Shown here in pieces: positions 61,189 through 64,000 of a DNA stretch of 64,000 bases; within the stretch, counting starts at the first letter, position 1; every line of letters starts with the position of its first letter. Location: contig CAXXHA010000035.1 of the NCBI GenBank assembly GCA_963662265.2, positions 64,001 through 128,000 on the forward strand, written 5' to 3'. A program made the translations under genes and the position numbers. The notes below the pieces were generated by a model. The model was not told the origin of the DNA. It did no database searches and saw only the letters and a program-made list of their open reading frames with translations. This DNA is from Spirochaetia bacterium (lineage in GTDB: Bacteria > Spirochaetota > Spirochaetia > CADAEX01).

Positions 61189-63246
61189 ATGAGTGATGTA
61201 CTGGTTAAGATAAATGATATAGATGTTAAAGTACCTGCCGGTTCCACAATACTTGATGCAGCCAGAAAAGCAGGTTTCAGCATTCCGACTCTCTGTAATG
61301 CTGAGGGCCTTGAGCCTTTCACAAGCTGCTTTGTATGTGCGGTTAAGCTTGAGGGGGGAAGAGGAAATCTTGTCCCCTCCTGCGCTACAAAGGTGAGGGA
61401 CGGGATGAGTGTTACTGTAGAGTCTGATGAGATAAATGCAACAAGAAAGATGTGTATAAATCTTCTTGTTTCAGACCATTGCGGAGACTGTCTGCCTCCA
61501 TGTGAGACAACATGTCCTGCATCCATCGATATAAAGGGCTTTTTAAAACTTATTGCAGAAAGGAAACCTGAGGAGGCAGCTGTTCTTATAAGAGAAAAAG
61601 CTCCTTTTCCGGGATCTCTGGGGAGAATCTGTCCAAGACCCTGTGAAGCTGAATGCAGAAGAACAAGGGTAGAGGATCCGGTTTCAATCTGCTTCATGAA
61701 GAGGTTTGCTTCAGACAGCGAACTTTCAAAATATGGCGAACCCCAGTTCCCTGAAAAACTTTCCTCCACAGGAAAAAAAGTGGCAGTAATAGGTGCAGGC
61801 CCTTCCGGCATGAGCGCCGCATACTTTCTGAATCAGCAGGGGCATGATGTGACTGTCTTTGAAAAGAATTCAAAGTCAGGCGGAATGCTGAGATATGGTA
61901 TCCCGTTCTACAGGCTTCCGGATTCAGCTCTGGCTTCCGAAATGGATGCTATTGAAAAAGCCGGGGTAACAGTAAAATACAACACCGAGATAGGCAAGGA
62001 TGTAAAAGTTACAGAGCTTGAGAAAGACTATGATGCTCTGATGATTGCAATCGGGGCCCAGGGTGCTTCAAGCATGAGGGTCGAAGGTGAGGACCTTGAA
62101 GGTGTTTACTCCGGAATTGACTACCTGGGACAGGTTGCAAACGGCGTTTATCCTGAACTTGGAAACAGGGTTGTTATTGTCGGCGGCGGTAATACTGCGA
62201 TTGACGCTTCCCGAACTGCACTCCGATCAGGTGCCGATGTTACTATTCTCTACAGAAGAACCCGTGCTGAAATGCCTGCAAATGATTTTGAAATTGAAGA
62301 TGCGCTTGAAGAGGGTGTAAAGATTGATTTTCTCAATGCCCCTGTAGGTGTGAGACGTGAAAACGGAAAGCTCTTTGTCAACTGTATCAAAATGGAACTT
62401 GGAGAGCCTGATGCATCAGGACGGAGAAGGCCTGTCCCTGTGGAAGGTTCTGAATATGAACTTGAAGTAACTTCAGTAATAAGCGCTATCGGGCAGAAAG
62501 TGCTTCCTGAAGCAGTTGCAGATCTCGGAATTGAAATAACCAAATGGGGCACAGTAGTAGTTGATGAAAAGACATTCATGACAACAAGAGAAGGTGTTTT
62601 TTCTGCAGGAGACTGCCAGACCGGCGCCGACATTGCAGTACGTGCTGTCGGTAACGGAAGAAAGGCTGCTGTTTCAATAGACCAGTACCTGAAAGGTGAA
62701 GAGGTGACTGGAGAGGAAGTTCTTTTCAATTCACAGATGGGCGCTCTTGATGAAGTTCCTGAATCACTGTTTGAAGGTGTTGAGTCTGCTGACAGGATCA
62801 AAATGCCTGTAATCGATCACCATGTAAGGATATCAGGTTTCGATGAAATAGAAAAAGGTTTTGATTATGAAGCGGCTGTAAAAGAGGCTGAAAGATGTCT
62901 CAAGTGCGGCTGCGACAAGATTGAAGACTGCAAACTCCGTGAGTATGCGACAGAGTATAATGCTGACCAGTCACTGTTCGGCGGTGAGAGAAGAGGTTAT
63001 ACACAGGATACTTCACGGGAAGATATAAAAATGGAAACAGGAAAATGTATTTCCTGCGGTTCCTGTGTAAGGGCATGTGCTGAAATAAAAGGTCTCAATG
63101 TTCTTTCTTTTGTCAACAGGGGATTCAAGACAAGGATGAATGTTCCTTTCGGAAGATCGCTTGTTGAAAGCAGCTGCGACGGATGCGGCGAATGTGTAAA
63201 AGTTTGTCCTACAGCTGCTATCATGGGAGGAAAAAAAGAGTTATAA
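61189..63246 (+). CDS. 2Fe-2S + GltD/Nfn-like FAD/NADPH oxidoreductase + 2x4Fe-4S subunit
   Basis: IPTLC, CLPPC...CP, GAGPSG, GGGNTAID, YRRTR, RCLKCGC, CISCGSC, CDGCGEC. Confidence 0.85.
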   Translation: MSDVLVKINDIDVKVPAGSTILDAARKAGFSIPTLCNAEGLEPFTSCFVCAVKLEGGRGNLVPSCATKVRDGMSVTVESDEINATRKMCINLLVSDHCGDCLPPCETTCPASIDIKGFLKLIAERKPEEAAVLIREKAPFPGSLGRICPRPCEAECRRTRVEDPVSICFMKRFASDSELSKYGEPQFPEKLSSTGKKVAVIGAGPSGMSAAYFLNQQGHDVTVFEKNSKSGGMLRYGIPFYRLPDSALASEMDAIEKAGVTVKYNTEIGKDVKVTELEKDYDALMIAIGAQGASSMRVEGEDLEGVYSGIDYLGQVANGVYPELGNRVVIVGGGNTAIDASRTALRSGADVTILYRRTRAEMPANDFEIEDALEEGVKIDFLNAPVGVRRENGKLFVNCIKMELGEPDASGRRRPVPVEGSEYELEVTSVISAIGQKVLPEAVADLGIEITKWGTVVVDEKTFMTTREGVFSAGDCQTGADIAVRAVGNGRKAAVSIDQYLKGEEVTGEEVLFNSQMGALDEVPESLFEGVESADRIKMPVIDHHVRISGFDEIEKGFDYEAAVKEAERCLKCGCDKIEDCKLREYATEYNADQSLFGGERRGYTQDTSREDIKMETGKCISCGSCVRACAEIKGLNVLSFVNRGFKTRMNVPFGRSLVESSCDGCGECVKVCPTAAIMGGKKEL

Positions 63247-63256
63247 TAATTACCGG

Positions 63257-64000
63257 ATGGATAACATAAACAATCTCGGTAAAAAATATAATTTATTTCC
63301 GCTAGTTTCGCAGGGGGATTACTGTCCCCCTGCTATTGTTAAAGCGGAAGGTATTTATCTGTATGATGACAAGGGAAATGATTATATAGACCTTTCATCT
63401 CAGTATGTTAATGTAAACCTTGGCCATGGAAACAGGGCAATTATTGATGCGGCAGAGAAACAGCTTGAAACACTACCCTATATCGGGTCGAAATATGCTG
63501 TTTCCCCGGCAGTGGAGCTTGCCGGAAAAATATCGCGTATCTCTGCACCTGAAATGAACGGCAAGGTTTTTTTCACACTCGGCGGCGCAGATGCAAATGA
63601 GAATGCTGTCAAAGTTGCGAAAAACTACACCCGCCGGTATAAAATATTCAGTTCCTACAGGTCATATCACGGTTCAACCTACGGCGCCGGAAACCTTACT
63701 GGTGAATCAAGACGTTTTGCCACTGAACCGGGCATTCCGGGCTTTATAAAATTTTTCTTTCCCGATTATTCACAAGACAGTGACTATTTTAAAAACGTGG
63801 AAATATACACAAAATTCTGTCTTGCTAAGCTTGAAGAGCAGATAACAAATGAGAACCCTGATGATATTGCCGCACTTTTTCTTGAAACAGTTATTGGAAG
63901 CAACGGTGTGCTTATTCCCCCTCCCGGCTACCTTGAAGGGGTAAGAGCAATATGTACAAAATACGGGATACTGCTGGTTCTTGACGAGGTTATGACAGGT
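63257..64000 (+). CDS. class III PLP aminotransferase, runs off the window (absent from the ORF track)
   Basis: own translation MDNINN...AEGIYLYD...NLGHG...GGADANE...SYHGST...LDEVMTG. Confidence 0.9.
   Translation, partial: MDNINNLGKKYNLFPLVSQGDYCPPAIVKAEGIYLYDDKGNDYIDLSSQYVNVNLGHGNRAIIDAAEKQLETLPYIGSKYAVSPAVELAGKISRISAPEMNGKVFFTLGGADANENAVKVAKNYTRRYKIFSSYRSYHGSTYGAGNLTGESRRFATEPGIPGFIKFFFPDYSQDSDYFKNVEIYTKFCLAKLEEQITNENPDDIAALFLETVIGSNGVLIPPPGYLEGVRAICTKYGILLVLDEVMTG

Noticed and set aside
60744-61811. 355-aa minus-strand ORF
   Set aside because: Antisense shadow of two well-supported genes
58920-63246. FeFe hydrogenase, formate dehydrogenase or respiratory complex I
   Set aside because: No H-cluster motifs, no molybdopterin domain, no membrane nuo genes in the window

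Overview
Chromosomal window from an AT-rich, probably anaerobic bacterium; a Spirochaetaceae-like host is inferred from the FAGGQKE-type substrate-binding-protein signal. It holds the end of a myo-inositol operon (iolE, iolG, acylating aldehyde dehydrogenase) and an OrpR-like PAS/sigma54 activator. The last 32 bp of that activator gene are duplicated 8.2 kb downstream, flanking an integrase-less island (OmpA-cadherin-barrel protein, InlB-repeat/LamG lipoprotein, two-component pair). Next come a single-chain 1839-aa eukaryote-like acyl-CoA carboxylase with a FlK-type thioesterase, a TPR-GAF-GGDEF cyclase, and a sigma54-driven Orp/NifX-Mrp-DUF134-radical SAM cluster. The rest includes agmatinase, a ROK-regulated sugar (inositol-like) ABC transporter, assorted metabolic genes, and a HydABC/Stn-like flavoenzyme operon followed by a class III aminotransferase. 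Two hairpin-rich tandem repeat loci, several apparently leaderless genes and an ATT-initiated PHP gene are visible. No tRNA, rRNA, CRISPR array, transposase or integrase was found. All calls come from motif recognition by eye, without database searches.
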